Below, one piece after another: positions 38,278-51,494 of a DNA stretch of 64,000 nucleotides (its first letter is position 1; each line of letters begins with the position of its first letter). The notes beneath the pieces were generated by a model. It saw nothing but the letters and a program-made list of their open reading frames with translations, did no database searches and was not told the DNA's origin. Source of the DNA: Eledone cirrhosa (Eukaryota). The DNA lies in the NCBI GenBank assembly GCA_964016885.1, contig OZ024760.1:2852001-2916000 (forward strand), in the 5' to 3' direction. The position numbers were made by a program, and so were the translations under genes.

Positions 38278-38512
38278 ATATATATATATATCCTAGCGTG
38301 GAACGTGGATGTTAAACGGTGATAATGATGATGATGATATATATATATATATTGTTATACTTTGGGAGGGTCATGTTGCCAATAAGAAACACACGCAACA
38401 TGACCCTCCCAAAGTATAACAATATCGGTTTCAACACACGATTTCAGATAAAGAATCTTGCTAAACAAATTCAGAAACGAAATATATATATATATATATA
38501 TATATACATATG

Positions 38513-38575
<63 letters not shown>

Positions 38576-38635
38576 GCATACATATATATATATACATATG
38601 CATACATATATATATATATATATATATATGTATGC

Positions 38636-38673
<38 letters not shown>

Positions 38674-38699
38674 CGTATATATATATTTTGTATATATAG

Positions 38700-38880
38700 C
38701 CACGGAATAGGCAGACCTAGAAAAACCTGGGACGAGCTGATAAACTCCGACCTCACACACTTACACCTCTCCAAGACAATGTCACTGGACCGAGACCTTT
38801 GGCGGTACTCAGTAATAGAGAAGACCCGCCTTACCTAAATACATAGTAAAACCTACTACAGCCAGTAGGCATCTCTAACA
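38700..38880 (+). mobile_element. RTE 3' fragment
   Basis: [40 protein letters not shown]; related copy at 26770-26940. Confidence 0.75.
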
Positions 38881-38914
38881 AAATACCCCCCCGTCCCACC
38901 ACCCCCAACTCATC

Positions 38915-39340
38915 CACGCCACCCAGTTCTATGTAAAGTTGTGTTGGTGCCACACCATCCAGGCCAAAACAAATGAGATCGTGTAGGTGTCACGACAAAA
39001 AAAACACACAGTCCACGCTGTAATGTGGCCGTGCGTGTAGGTGTCACGACAAAAAAACACACAGTCCACGCTGTAATGTGGCCGTGCGTGTAGGTGTCAC
39101 GACAAAAAAACACACAGTCCACGCTGTAATGTGGCCGTGTAGGCAACACGGTAAAAACCTCCCATACCCACACTGTAAATGTGGTTGGTGTTAGGAAGGG
39201 CATCCAACTGTAGAAAACCTGCCAGACAGTCCTATGCGAGCAAGACAATCACTCTTGCCTCAAGTGGGACTACCCCCGTCCAAACCCATGCAAGCGTGGA
39301 ACACGGACGTTAAACGTTGATGATGATGATGATGATGATA
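38915..39340 (+). mobile_element. SINE family E with a 3x internal ~53-bp repeat
   Basis: Inverted near-identical partner of 34912-35222. Confidence 0.85.
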
Positions 39341-39780
39341 TATATATATGCACACACACACACATATATATATATATATAATATTATTCAAAATATTAAT
39401 AAATGAAAAATATTCTCATAATCAAAATATATATTTTATTATACATTATTATTCAAAGGTACAATGGTGTTTAAGTATGTTTTCATCAGACAAAATATAA
39501 GATTTGATATGTGACATACCGCTACGGTTTTGATTATTCAATTCTATTATTGGCAGTGATTTATTTCACCAACTCTCAACGTTTTTATACCACAAATAAT
39601 ATGATAGCCTATAATGGTACATAAATACATAAATCCCTTAAAGTGGCACATTAAATTTTGTGTTTCATTGTTTCCAAAGTTTTCATTAGTAAAATAACTG
39701 TAATACAGTTAAATGTGATGAATAGTAGAAAAATAGATACTAAGTCTGAACTAATATTATTATATTTTGTCAGACTAAAT

Positions 39781-40175
39781 TGGTGAATTGGCAGTATCGG
39801 TAGAGGGTTGGACGCCATGCTTTCTAGCATAGTTACGGCCCTTGCCATTCTGAGTTCAAATCCCGCCGAGGTTAACTTTGCCTTTCATCCTTACGGGGTT
39901 GATGAAATAAAGTACCAGTAATGTACTGGGTAATTGCTGACCTTGTGCCTAAAGTAGAAACAATTATATTTTGTCAGACTAAGGGCGGTGGCTTGGCAGT
40001 ATCGGTAGAGGGTCAGATGCCATGCTTTGATGCATAGAGTTACGGCCCTTGCCATTCTGAGTTCAAATCCCGCTGAAGTTAACTTTGCCTTTCATCCTTA
40101 CGGGGTCGATAAAATAAAGTACCAGTAATGTACTGGGATAATTGCTGGCCGTGGGCCAAAACATAGAAACAATTA
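39781..40175 (+). mobile_element. Two head-to-tail SINE A copies
   Basis: ATTATATTT(T/A)GTCAGACT occurs before, between and after the copies. Confidence 0.88.
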
Positions 40176-40209
40176 TATTTAGTCAGACTGTAACTATGTT
40201 GTGTTCTAT

Positions 40210-40319
40210 AACACATATATACATACATGCAGTCACACATGTACATACATACATATATACATGTATACACACATATACACACACACAGACACACATGTAC
40301 ATACATACATATATACATG

Positions 40320-40351
<32 letters not shown>

Positions 40352-41770
40352 TGTACATACATACATATATACATGTATACACACATATACACACACACAC
40401 ATGTACATACATACATATATACATGTGTCTGTGTGTGTGTATATATGTGTATACACACACACATATACATACATACATATATACATGTATACACATATAC
40501 ACACACACACAGACACACATGTACATACATATATGCATGTGTCTGTGTGTGTATATGTGTATACACACACACACAGACACACACACATACATACAGACGC
40601 ATATACTCATATACACACACATATACACACACCCCTCCCCCCCACACACACCCCTCCCCCCACACACACACTCATATCACACCCACATACATACATTCAC
40701 ATACACACCACACACATACATACACACATACACACACATGCACACACATGCACACACATACACATACAGTCACACATACAGTCACACATACACTCACACA
40801 AAGACACAGACACACACATATACATACAAACAAATACACTCATAGATCATATCCACATACACAGACACACACACACACACACACACTTATATGCACACAC
40901 AGTCACACACACTTATATACACACACATACAGACAGTCACATACACACTTATATAAACACACATACAGATAGTCACATACACACATACAGATAGTCATAC
41001 ACACACATACACACACACACATTGTAGTTTTGTTCTTTAATTCTACCACCACCACTATCTCTTTTCCCCACCACCACCACCACCACCACCACTACCACCA
41101 CCACCATCACCACCACCACTACCACCACCACCACTACCACGAACACCACGACCACAACCATCACCACCACCACCACTACCACCACTACCACCACCACCAC
41201 CATCATCACTACCCAAACCACCACAACCACCACCACCACCATCATCACCACCACTACCACTACCACCACCACCACTAACACCACCACCACCATCATCATC
41301 ACCACCACCACCACTACTACCACCACCACCATCATCACCACCACCACCACTACCACTAACACCACCACCACCACCACCACTACCACTAACACCACCGCCA
41401 CCACCACCATCATCATCACCACCACCACCACTACTACCACCACCACCATCATCACCACCACCACCACTACCACTAACACCACCACCACCACCACCACTAC
41501 CACTAACACCACCGCCACCACCACGACTAACACCACCACCACCACCATCATCACCTCCACCACCATCACCACCTCCACCTGACACCACCACACACCACGA
41601 CTACCAACAACACCACCACCACTACCACCACCACTACCACCACCACCAACTAACACCACGACCACCGCCACCCCCAACTCAACTACCACACTCCACTGCC
41701 ACCATCACCACTTTCACCACTGGCATCACCACCCTCACCACCACCACCACCACCCCTATGACCACCACTC
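40210..41770. repeat. (CA/TA)n-rich then (CCA)n-rich microsatellite fields
   Basis: Direct inspection. Confidence 0.9.
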
Positions 41771-42039
41771 TGAAAGTATTCCCCTCTATAGTTTTCTTCT
41801 CACTACATTTATTATAGATGACTTTGATAGTCGACATTTTGTTTTCAGTTCAAAATCTTTCTTACTTTTACTTTTTCACTGCCCTTTTTCTATGAATAAT
41901 CAACATTTATCATTTTTACATCTCTTTTCCATATTTCTCAATATTTCCTTCAACACATTTCATTTTTATCTCTCAACCCCAATCTGTCTACAAAAATTAT
42001 CTTCCTCACTTAAGATGGAAAATAGACGATAATGTGAAA

Positions 42040-42735
42040 AAGAAGGGAGCTGATGATTAGTTCAAGGAAACAATGTTTTTATTGGTCTTTCCATTGCAGA
42101 TACTATCTAATAGTTGCAACTCTGGGTGGAAAAGAAAGGAGTTGATCATTAGATCAGACCAAGGAAACAATGTTTCTAATGATCTTTCTGTCGATGATGT
42201 AATCTGCTGATCATAACTCTTGACAGAAAATAGGATAGGAGCTGATCATCACATCAGACCAAGGAAACAATGTTTCTATAGGTCTTTCCATTGCAGATAT
42301 TATCTGCCAGTTGCTGCTCTGGGCATAAAAGAAAGGAGCTGATTGTTAGATCAAACCAAGGAAACAATGTTTCCATTGGTTTTTCCATTTCTGACACTAC
42401 CTATTTGTCATAACTCTTGGCAGATGAAAGGGCAGACTAAAGAAACAATGTTTCTATTGATCTCTCCATTGCTGATACTATCTGCTGGTCTCACCTCCTG
42501 TCCAGAAGAAAGAAAAGAAGCTGATCATCAGATCAGACCAAGGAAACAATATTTCCAGTGGTCATTCTTTGCTGAAACTCTCTGCTGGTCACAACTCCTG
42601 TCCAGAAGAAAGTGGAATTTAAGCTAATAATAAATAGGGGCCAGAACAAATTTAAAAAAAAAAAAAGGAAAGGAGCTAATCCATTGATCTTTTCATTGCT
42701 GCTACTATCCGCCAGCCAGTTGCAACTCCTGGCCA
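42040..42735. repeat. Degenerate ~100-bp tandem repeat (~7 copies) of a SINE D segment
   Basis: GGAGCTGATCAT..GATCAGACCAAGGAAACAATGTTTC..TGGTCTTTCCATTGC.GATACTATCTG; single copies at ~1530, 20200 and 51090. Confidence 0.75.
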
Positions 42736-42944
42736 GGAGGTAGCAGGATTTGTTTGCAAGGTATCCTGGTCAACTCTTTAACAGTTCTGCCAATCAACCA
42801 CACCTTCTGGACGGACTGGTACTGATGATGATCATCATCATCATCACCATCAACATCATCATAACAATCATGACGATGGTGGTAGTTGCAATGGTGATGA
42901 TAATAATGATTATGAGAGTGATGGCGGTGCTGGTGATTGAATGG

Positions 42945-42985
<41 letters not shown>

Positions 42986-42992
42986 GTCATGG

Positions 42993-43023
<31 letters not shown>

Positions 43024-43220
43024 AGAGATGATAATGAGAAGGAAGATGTCATTGATGACTATGGTGATGATGATGATTATGATCTTGAATGTGAGAATGA
43101 TGATAATGATGATGATAATGACAATGGTGACAAGAATGATGGTGATGACAATGATGACTATGATGGTGATGATGGTGATGATCCTGAATATGAGAATGAT
43201 GTTGATGATTATGATAATGG

Positions 43221-43253
<33 letters not shown>

Positions 43254-43512
43254 CTGTGGTGAAGATTATGATGATGATGATGATGATGATGATTGTGATA
43301 ATGATGATGTTGATGATTGTGATAATGGTGATGATGATGATGATGATGACTGTGGTGAAGATTATGATGATGATGATGATGATTCTGTGAGAATGATGAT
43401 GTTGATGATTGTGATAATGGTGATGATGATGATGATGATGACTGTGGTGAAGATTATGATGATGATGATGATGATGATGATTGTGATAATGATGATGACA
43501 ATTATGATGATG
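42945..43512. repeat. Degenerate (GAT)n microsatellite
   Basis: Direct inspection. Confidence 0.85.
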
Positions 43513-43692
43513 AATCAATATAAATGTATTATATTAGCAGCAGTTCATATGTTATAAGGAAAAATGAAAGTTCATCAAGTAATATTAGAACTAACTTTAG
43601 TTCATATTGTTAATTAGAAAAGGTTATCAGAGTAAGAATTAAATTAGTCAGCTAGAAATAAATTGTTTTCTGTTTTTATATTTGGAATATTT

Positions 43693-44022
43693 GGAGCCGC
43701 TTTTTCTCCGTGCTGTTATTACAGACATGTTGTTAGAATGTCTCAGGAAAGAATTGTTGGACAGATTTGTAGCTTGGAGATCAGAGAGTTGCTCCAAGTA
43801 GAGCCGCTTCTTCTCCGAATTAAGAGATCACAGTGCTGATATTACAGACATGTTGTTAGAATGTCTCAGGAACGAATTGTTGGATAAATTTGTAGCTTGG
43901 AGATCAGAGAGTTACTCCAAGTAGAGCCGCTTCTTCTCCGAATTAAGAGATCACAGTGCCGATATTACAGACATGTGCTTAGAATGTCTCAGGAAAGAAT
44001 TGTTGGACAGATTTGTAGCTTG
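43693..44022 (+). repeat. 123-bp tandem repeat (~2.6 copies) of an RTE ORF2 segment
   Basis: Translates EIRELLQVEPLLLRIKRSQCRYYRHVLRMSQERIVGQICSL; ACATGT anchor at 43725, 43848 and 43971. Confidence 0.82.
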
Positions 44023-44024
44023 GA

Positions 44025-44510
44025 TCCAGGCGGTTTTCCTCTGTATAGTGGCTATGGTGAAAGAGGTTATATGGTAGACCAGGTTGAGAGGACTGAGGAC
44101 AGATGCCTTTCTCTCCGGACAACAACTCATTCCCTTCTTTAGGTACCACTTTAGAAGGAGAACCAGAGTGGAGGGAGAGGTACTGCACCCCAGTAAATCT
44201 ACTGAAAGGTGGGTGAATGTGGCAAAGATGGCCCGAGTGATTGGGCCTTCTCTGTATATAAACCTGAAGGTTAAAAAAGAGAGCAAAAGGAAGAAAGGAG
44301 CACTTGCACAACACGCTCCTGGAGTTGAGGGTTGTTCTATCTATGAGGTATATAAAACAACCCATTTGTAACGCCTCCCCCCTATTGGGGATTTCGATTG
44401 TGAATTTATTTGTTTTAAAAATATTTTTACATGATTGTATGTAAAATTCCCATCATATGTCTTTGTATTGTCCCCTTTTCTTGTGCGCCCTTGTGGCAAA
44501 TAAAGAAATA
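44025..44510 (+). mobile_element. L1/Tx1-like LINE 3' end
   Basis: AVFLCIVAMVKEVIW*TRLRGL..LIPFFRYHFRRRTRVE..ERWV, then a 3' UTR ending CCCTTGTGGCAAATAAAGAAA; paralog at 53210-53700. Confidence 0.55.
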
Positions 44511-44647
44511 TATCTATATATATATACATACGTACATATATATAAGTATATTTAAATATATATATAAGTATATTTAAATATATATATAAGTATATTTAAA
44601 TATATATATATGTATATAGGAAAATGTATATTTAAATATATATATAT

Positions 44648-44985
44648 GTAATAGGAAAATGTTTAACCCCAACAGCAGAGCTCAAGCCGTTTCGACGGCT
44701 ATTTCTGGACTAAATTAGAATTTTTAGCGTAGTAAGAAATAGCCGAACTTTTCAAGGGGTAATTCCTTATATGGGAAGATTGTATAATGAATTACCCCTT
44801 GAAAAGTCTGGCTATTTATTACGACACTAAAAATTCTAATTTAGTCCAGAAATAGGCATCAAAACGGCTTGAGCTCTGCCGTCGGGGTTAAACATTTTCC
44901 TATTACCCACTCTACTGCCCTAAGTATTGAGTACTCTGGTGCATTATCGTCTATCTGGTTCCTTACCACACTTCTTTCGTTATCT
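44648..44985. mobile_element. Fold-back element with ~118-bp imperfect inverted arms (44648-44765 / 44789-44906) in (TA)n
   Basis: Arms align by eye; the tail segment 44905-44975 recurs inverted at 35255-35330. Confidence 0.7.
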
Positions 44986-45502
44986 ATATGTATATATATA
45001 TTAGAAAGAGTCTGGGCCCAATGGCTGAGCTTTTGTGCTTCAAAAGCTATCTCTCTCTCTCTCTTTATATATATATATATATATATTATAGAAATGACTT
45101 CTACAGGTCTAGAATTATTTTATTTGTATGAAATTATATATGTATATACTCAGCTGTAGAAATGAGATGGTAGGGACTGGAGTCCATATCATTCCACTGC
45201 AAAGTGGTCGTCGAGGTGCCACGGCAAAAAAGCACCCAGCACTCACTGTAAATGAGGTTGGTGTTAGGAAGGGCATCCAGCTGTAGAAATCAAGCCAGAA
45301 TCAGTTCCCGTCCCACCCTTGCAGGCAGGGAAAAAGCGGACGTAAAATGAAATGATGATGATGATGATACATATATATATACACAAATATACCTACACAC
45401 CCACATATATACATTTCATTCAAACACTGCTAGCAGGCAAGACAGGTGTTAAATGATGACTACAACACACACACATCATCATCACCATTTCACATCCATA
45501 TA

Positions 45503-45542
<40 letters not shown>

Positions 45543-46189
45543 TATAATTGTTTATATGAAATTTATTAAATATCTGTAGGTTTGAATGGAATACAGCCAG
45601 ATTATTTTACAAAAATAAACTTAATCTATTTTCACTTAGATGTCTTCTGCAAATCTGTCATTTATTATAAATTTAATTCATTTCACCTGGCAGCTGACAA
45701 ACGCTTGCATTTGTTTCTCACTTGAAGCATTCATTCACAAAAAAATAGCTTTGATTAAATTATACCAGAGATTGTTTTCACTAAAATGTGGAGAGACATT
45801 ACATGGAAAAGATAATCTCTGCATTGTGGTATTCCTAAGGTTATAAATATATTTACTACTGGTGGGCTTATGTCATCGATAATGATAACAATAATCATCA
45901 TCATCATCATTTTCCGTCCGCTTTTCCCTGCTTGCAAGGGTGGGATGGGTCCTATTCAGTACAGCATCTCTCCACTTGTCAAGGTCTTTCGTCATCTCCT
46001 CCGTGAGCTTCAGCGATCTGAGGTCTGCTCTCACCACCTCCGCCCATGTGAATAGTGTTGAATATATTTAATTTTGAGCATCCGGGATTGGTATGTCATA
46101 TATGGCAGTGATGACCAAACTGGCAGGATAATAGAGGAGCAAAATCAGCTTTCAGACCAAGTACAGATTGTACAAATCGCTGGTAGTCT

Positions 46190-46510
46190 CCATCTTCTGA
46201 CATGGCCACTTTTGGCAGAAACATAGAGAAGGATCCAGGTATTTTCTATTGGGAATGTAAAACCAATGAATTCGTGTGGAGTAAGGTTAAAAGGTTTGTG
46301 GGTCACCAGGAACCTCTCCTTGCCACTGTCAAGACGAGGAAACAGGCGTGGTTTGGCCATGTCACATGACATGACAGCCTGGGCAAGACCATCATGCAAG
46401 GCACCGTTGAAGGTGGACACAGGAGGAGATGCCAATGCAAAAACTGGTTGGACAATGTCAAAGAATGAACACAAATGATGACACAAGGTTTGTTGACGAC
46501 TACCGTAGAA
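46190..46510 (+). mobile_element. RTE (BovB-like) LINE fragment
   Basis: NEFVWSKVKRFVGHQEPLLATVKTRKQAWFGHVT*HDSLGKTIMQGTVEGG..WLDNVKE. Confidence 0.8.
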
Positions 46511-47824
46511 GACTCTACAGTTATGTCAAAGACACAACAACCTCTCTAATGCTGGTACCCTGATAAAACATGACACCTTGTAAAATAGTTGGAAACAGGA
46601 AGGGCATCAAGGGTTGAGAAGACACTTCAGATTTGTCAAGGGCATGACAACCTCCTTAGTTCTATTGCAGCAATAAAACACACACACATAGTACACTCTG
46701 TAGAATGCAGGAGAATATGTGAAATGCAACCCTCTGAATAATTGTTTCTATTTTAGGCACAAGGCCAGCAATTACCCAGTTCATTACTGGTACTTTATTT
46801 TATCGACCCCGTAAGGATGAAAGGCAAAGTCAACCCTCTGAATAATGATAGATCAGTGGCTCTCGTTAAGTACATCCAATGCTTGCTAGCAAGAGAAATG
46901 AATGTTAAATGATGATAAACGATGTTAAATGATGATGATGATGATAATATATCTTGTTATTATTCCTTAGAGACAAGGACAGCAAACACAGCAAATGTTG
47001 GTGGTTTTATTTAATATTCAAAACAACTGTAGTAATACTATAGTTGTTTTGTATTTTAGCCTCCTTCTTACATTTTATTTTTTTGTCACATTTTTTTTTT
47101 CAAACAATATCTTATAACAGCTCAACTGATATAGCAAATTCTGTATAATCAATCAATCAATAAAGACATTTTAAAAAATACAAAAAACATAACAACAGCA
47201 GCAAAAACACCCTCTAAAAGACTCCAAACCCAAAACACAATAACAAGAGCAAAAACCACAACAGCAAAAAAACACCTCAAAACACAACAAGAACAACAAC
47301 AGCAGAAAAAAAAAAGAAAAATACAACAATGACAACAGCAAAAACACCCCCAAAACACAACAATAACAACAGCAATAAACACATTTAAAAAATACCACAA
47401 CAGCAAAAATATAAAAACAAGATGAATAACATCAAAAAGACCCCCCAAAAGACACAATGACAGTAAAAACACCCCAAAACATACAACAGCAGCATCCACA
47501 CACACACAAACAGAAACGAAACTATATAAACAAACACAAACAAACAGACAGACAAACAAACTCTAACAATGACAGTGAATGAAAAATATTTTAGGAAAAG
47601 ACTTGTTGATAGAATTGTCGGCTGAAATTTAATTTTGTCCAATCAAATGACTTTGTTTTTTAACTGCGCATGTAAATGTTCTCGTCAAGTCATCCATCGT
47701 TATTGTGAGAACAAGGAAGATCTTGTAACTATTAAATGGCATTGTTTTGTATTTGCTCTTAAATGTGACAGCTTAATTAACTTCGTTTCTTGGCATTAAT
47801 TAAAAAGAAAACAGTTAGATACTG

Positions 47825-48187
47825 TTGCTGCTGGTGGTAGTGTTTGTGGTGGTGGTGGTGGTGGTGATGTTGGTGTTGGTGTTGGTGGTGGTGGTGGTGG
47901 TGGTGCTGGTGGTGGTGATGATGCTGGTTGTGGTGGTGGTGATGCTGGTGGTGGTGGTGGTGCTGGTGATGTTGGTGTTGGTGGTGGTGGTGGTGGTGGT
48001 GCTGGTGGTGGTGATGATGCTGGTTGTGGTGGTGGTGATGCTGGTGGTGATTTCTGTTGGTGGTGGTGATGCTTGTGGTGCTGGTTGTGGTGGTGATGTC
48101 TGTTGGTGATGGTATTGGTGTTGGTGATGTTGATATTGATGTTTGTGATGATGGTGATGATGGTAGTTGTGGTGTTGGTGGTGATGG

Positions 48188-48218
<31 letters not shown>

Positions 48219-48960
48219 GCTGGTAAGTGTGGTGGTGGTTGTGGTGGTGATGTCTGTTGGTGATGGTATTGGTGTTGGTGTTTGTGATGTTGATATTGAT
48301 GTTTGTGATGATGGTGATGATGGTAGTTGTGGTGTTGGTGGTGATGATGGTGGTGGTGGTGCTGGTGGTAAGTGTGGTGGTGGTTGTGGTGGTGATGTCT
48401 GTTGGTGATGGTATTGGTGTTGGTGTTTGTGATGTTGATATTGATGTTTGTGATGATGGTGATGATGGTAGTTGTGGTGTTGGTGGTGATGATGGTGGTG
48501 GTGGTGCTGGTGGTAAGTGTGGTGGTGGTTGTGGTGGTGATGTCTGTTGGTGATGGTATTGGTGTTGGTGTTTGTGATGTTGATATTGATGTTTGTGATG
48601 ATGGTGATGATGGTAGTTGTGGTGTTGGTGGTGATGATGGTGGTGGTGCTGGTAAGTGTGGTGGTGGTTGTGGTGGTAGTGTTCATTGTGGTGTCTGTTA
48701 GTGAAAGTATTGGTGGTGGTGTTTGTGGTGTTGATGTTGATGGAGGTAATGGTGTTGGTTGAGGTAGTGGTAGTTGTGGTAGTGGTAGTTGTGGTTGTGG
48801 TGGTAGTGTTCATTGTGGTGTCTGTTAGTGAAAGTATTGGTGGTGGTGTTTGTGGTGTTGGTTGGGGTGGTTTTGGTGATGGTGGTGGCAGTGGTAGTGT
48901 CTGTGGTTGTGATGGTGTTGGTTGTAGCAGCCGTGGTGGTAGTAGTGGTGGCCCTGGTAG
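47825..48960. repeat. (GGT)n-rich field containing ~4 copies of a 145-bp higher-order unit
   Basis: GATGTCTGTTGGTGATGGTATTGGTG anchor recurs at ~154/145/145-bp spacing. Confidence 0.85.
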
Positions 48961-49112
48961 TGACTTTGAAGGTGATTCTGATAATACTAATTGCCAGGTT
49001 TAATACTTTTCCGTCTAACCCATGCTAGCGTGGAAAATGGACGTTAAACGAAGATGATGATGATGATGATGGTGATTTCTGCATTTTCTTTGTCATTATT
49101 TTACATTCGTTG

Positions 49113-49285
49113 TTGGCAGTATCGGTAGAGGGTCGGACGCCATGCTTTCCAGCATAGTTACGTGCCTTTACGATCTGAGTTCAAATCCCGCAGAGGTTGA
49201 CTTTGCCTTTCATCCTTACGGATAAAATAAAGTACCAGTAATGCACTGGGTATTTGCTGGCCTTATGCCTAAAGTAGAAACAATT
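49113..49285 (+). mobile_element. SINE A with a clear ~20-bp target-site duplication
   Basis: ATTATTTTACATTCGTTGTT on both sides. Confidence 0.9.
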
Positions 49286-51494
49286 ATTTTACATTCGTTG
49301 TTGTTGCATCTTTTTGTCTCTCAGAGTTTTGTTGGTCTGTGTGTGTGTGTTTCATTCTATATATGTGTGTGTGTATTTCATTCTATGTGTGTGTGTGTGT
49401 GTGTGACTACTTACTGCACAGAAGTGTATGTTTAAGTGTGTGTTTATATGTGTGTGTGTGTGACAAGTGGACCTCTCAGTGTCAACTATACATGTCACCA
49501 ATTCATAATCAATAAAATAAAATTGGTTAAGTCATTAAAATCAAGGACAAATGCCCTTGTAGTATTTATTTCAAGCTTCTGTGTTCTGAGTTCAAATCTT
49601 GCCCTGCCCAGGTCAGCAATGATCAATAAACAAAATAAAAATATCAGCCTAGGCTGGTAGATGTTAAAAGCATCAGATAAAATGTCTTGCAGCATTTGAT
49701 TTTGTTTTCTGTCCTCTGAGTTCAAATCCAGCTGAGGTCAACTTTAACATCAATACTTTCAGGCTTGATATATGGTATAAAATGTAGTCTAGGTAGAATG
49801 ATAGGCTTCTTTGGTTGTTAGTGAGTGCTTTTAATAGAAGGGTGCTTTTTTTGTGGCACCATCATTACCACCCTATAGTGTGTGCTGAGTGCTGCTTGTT
49901 TGTGGTACCAGCACTACCTGCTTACAAGGTAGACTGTGTGCTTTTTTTTCATGGCACCAGCACTACCACCTGACAGGGTGGACTAGGTACTTTTTTCCCT
50001 GTGGCACGGAATTAATTGACTTTCCCCTCCCCTTCAAATTGTTGGCCTTGTGCCTAAAGTAGAAACAATTATTATTATTATTTCCTCTGTATTGTTGTTG
50101 TTGTTGTTGTATTTCTTCTTATTATTATTCTTATTCTTATTCTTCTAAGTATTTCAATTAAAACAAAATATCAAATATTTTTTTTCGTTTGAAGTTAACT
50201 TAAAATAATAATAGTGGTATTGATCATCTTAAATAAAGACTTTGGAAGTATTTTTGCTTCTTTTAAAAAAAATTCCTGTTAAATTGAATGATATCTACTA
50301 GAAAATTGTGTACTTATTTCAATTTATTTGTGGTCTATTTTTATTCAGAGTAATTCAGTTTTTGGTTTTATAAAGTCAGAAAATGTCATATTTTGAAGGT
50401 CACTTGATATAATTATTTTAACCTCTCCCCCTCCTCCCCTGCTTCCATCTTTCCTTTTATATTCATTTGTTTGGTTGATTTATTTTATTTATTATGTCTG
50501 ATCACCAAAATGGCATAATGTGATGGTTTTAAAAGTGAAAGTAAAAGTCTAGAAACTTAAAACTAAAATACACAAACAGAAGTTAACTAAGTAAACAGAG
50601 GTTAACCCTTTCATTACTATATTTTCAATGATATATACTGTATAGTGAAGGCATGTGACTGAGTAGTTACAAAATTGGATTCATTCACAATTGTGAGGTT
50701 GTGAGCTCGATTCCTGGACCAGGCGATGCGTTATGTCCTTGAGCAAGACACTTTATTTCATGTTACTCCTTCTGCCTGGATTTGAGAATTGGCAGAGGTG
50801 TTAAGACATCAGATAAAATGCTTTGCGGCATTCGTCCCACCTCATTGTACGCTCTAAGTTCAAATCCCACCATGGTCAACTTTGCCTTCCATCCTTTCAA
50901 GGTCGATAAAAAAAGTACCAGTCCATGACTAGGGTTGATTCTTCCTCTATAGAAAAAAATCAGGTGTGTTCAGACCTGGAGAGGGTTGAGCTGTGCCAGG
51001 TTTAAATGTTCCCCAGACACACCGAATGACGGTACCTCTATGACTCCACAAGGAGTTATGGGATCTTTATCCTATCTTAGATAGTATTAGCAATTAGAAA
51101 GACCAATGGAAACATTGTTTCCTCGGTCTGATTTGACAAGCACCACTCCACTCGTTAAGCGAACGATATTGATGTTGATGGAAGATTTTAATGTAACTAG
51201 AAACCCTTTAAAATGGGTGGTTTTGTGTCTGTTGGTATATTTTCTCTTTATCTCATAACTCCCGATAGGGTTGTAGAGGCATTGTATTGACATACAGCAT
51301 CTCTAGGGTATTTTTAAACCTTTAGCATTCACATTACTCTATATATACTATTGTATTTTCACAGTAAAGGCTTTACCTCACTTAATATCGAATCTATGAG
51401 ACTTTGATATTATTTATTTTGAGAACAGTTTGAATAGAATGAGGTGAGAGAATTCTAGCCAGATACGACTGGTTTAAATGTTAAAGGGTTATAC

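Noticed and set aside
42937-43557. Asp-rich ORF resembling acidic biomineralisation proteins
   Set aside because: This is a degenerate (GAT)n tract; single substitutions in GAT cannot create stops, and there is no signal peptide or splice support
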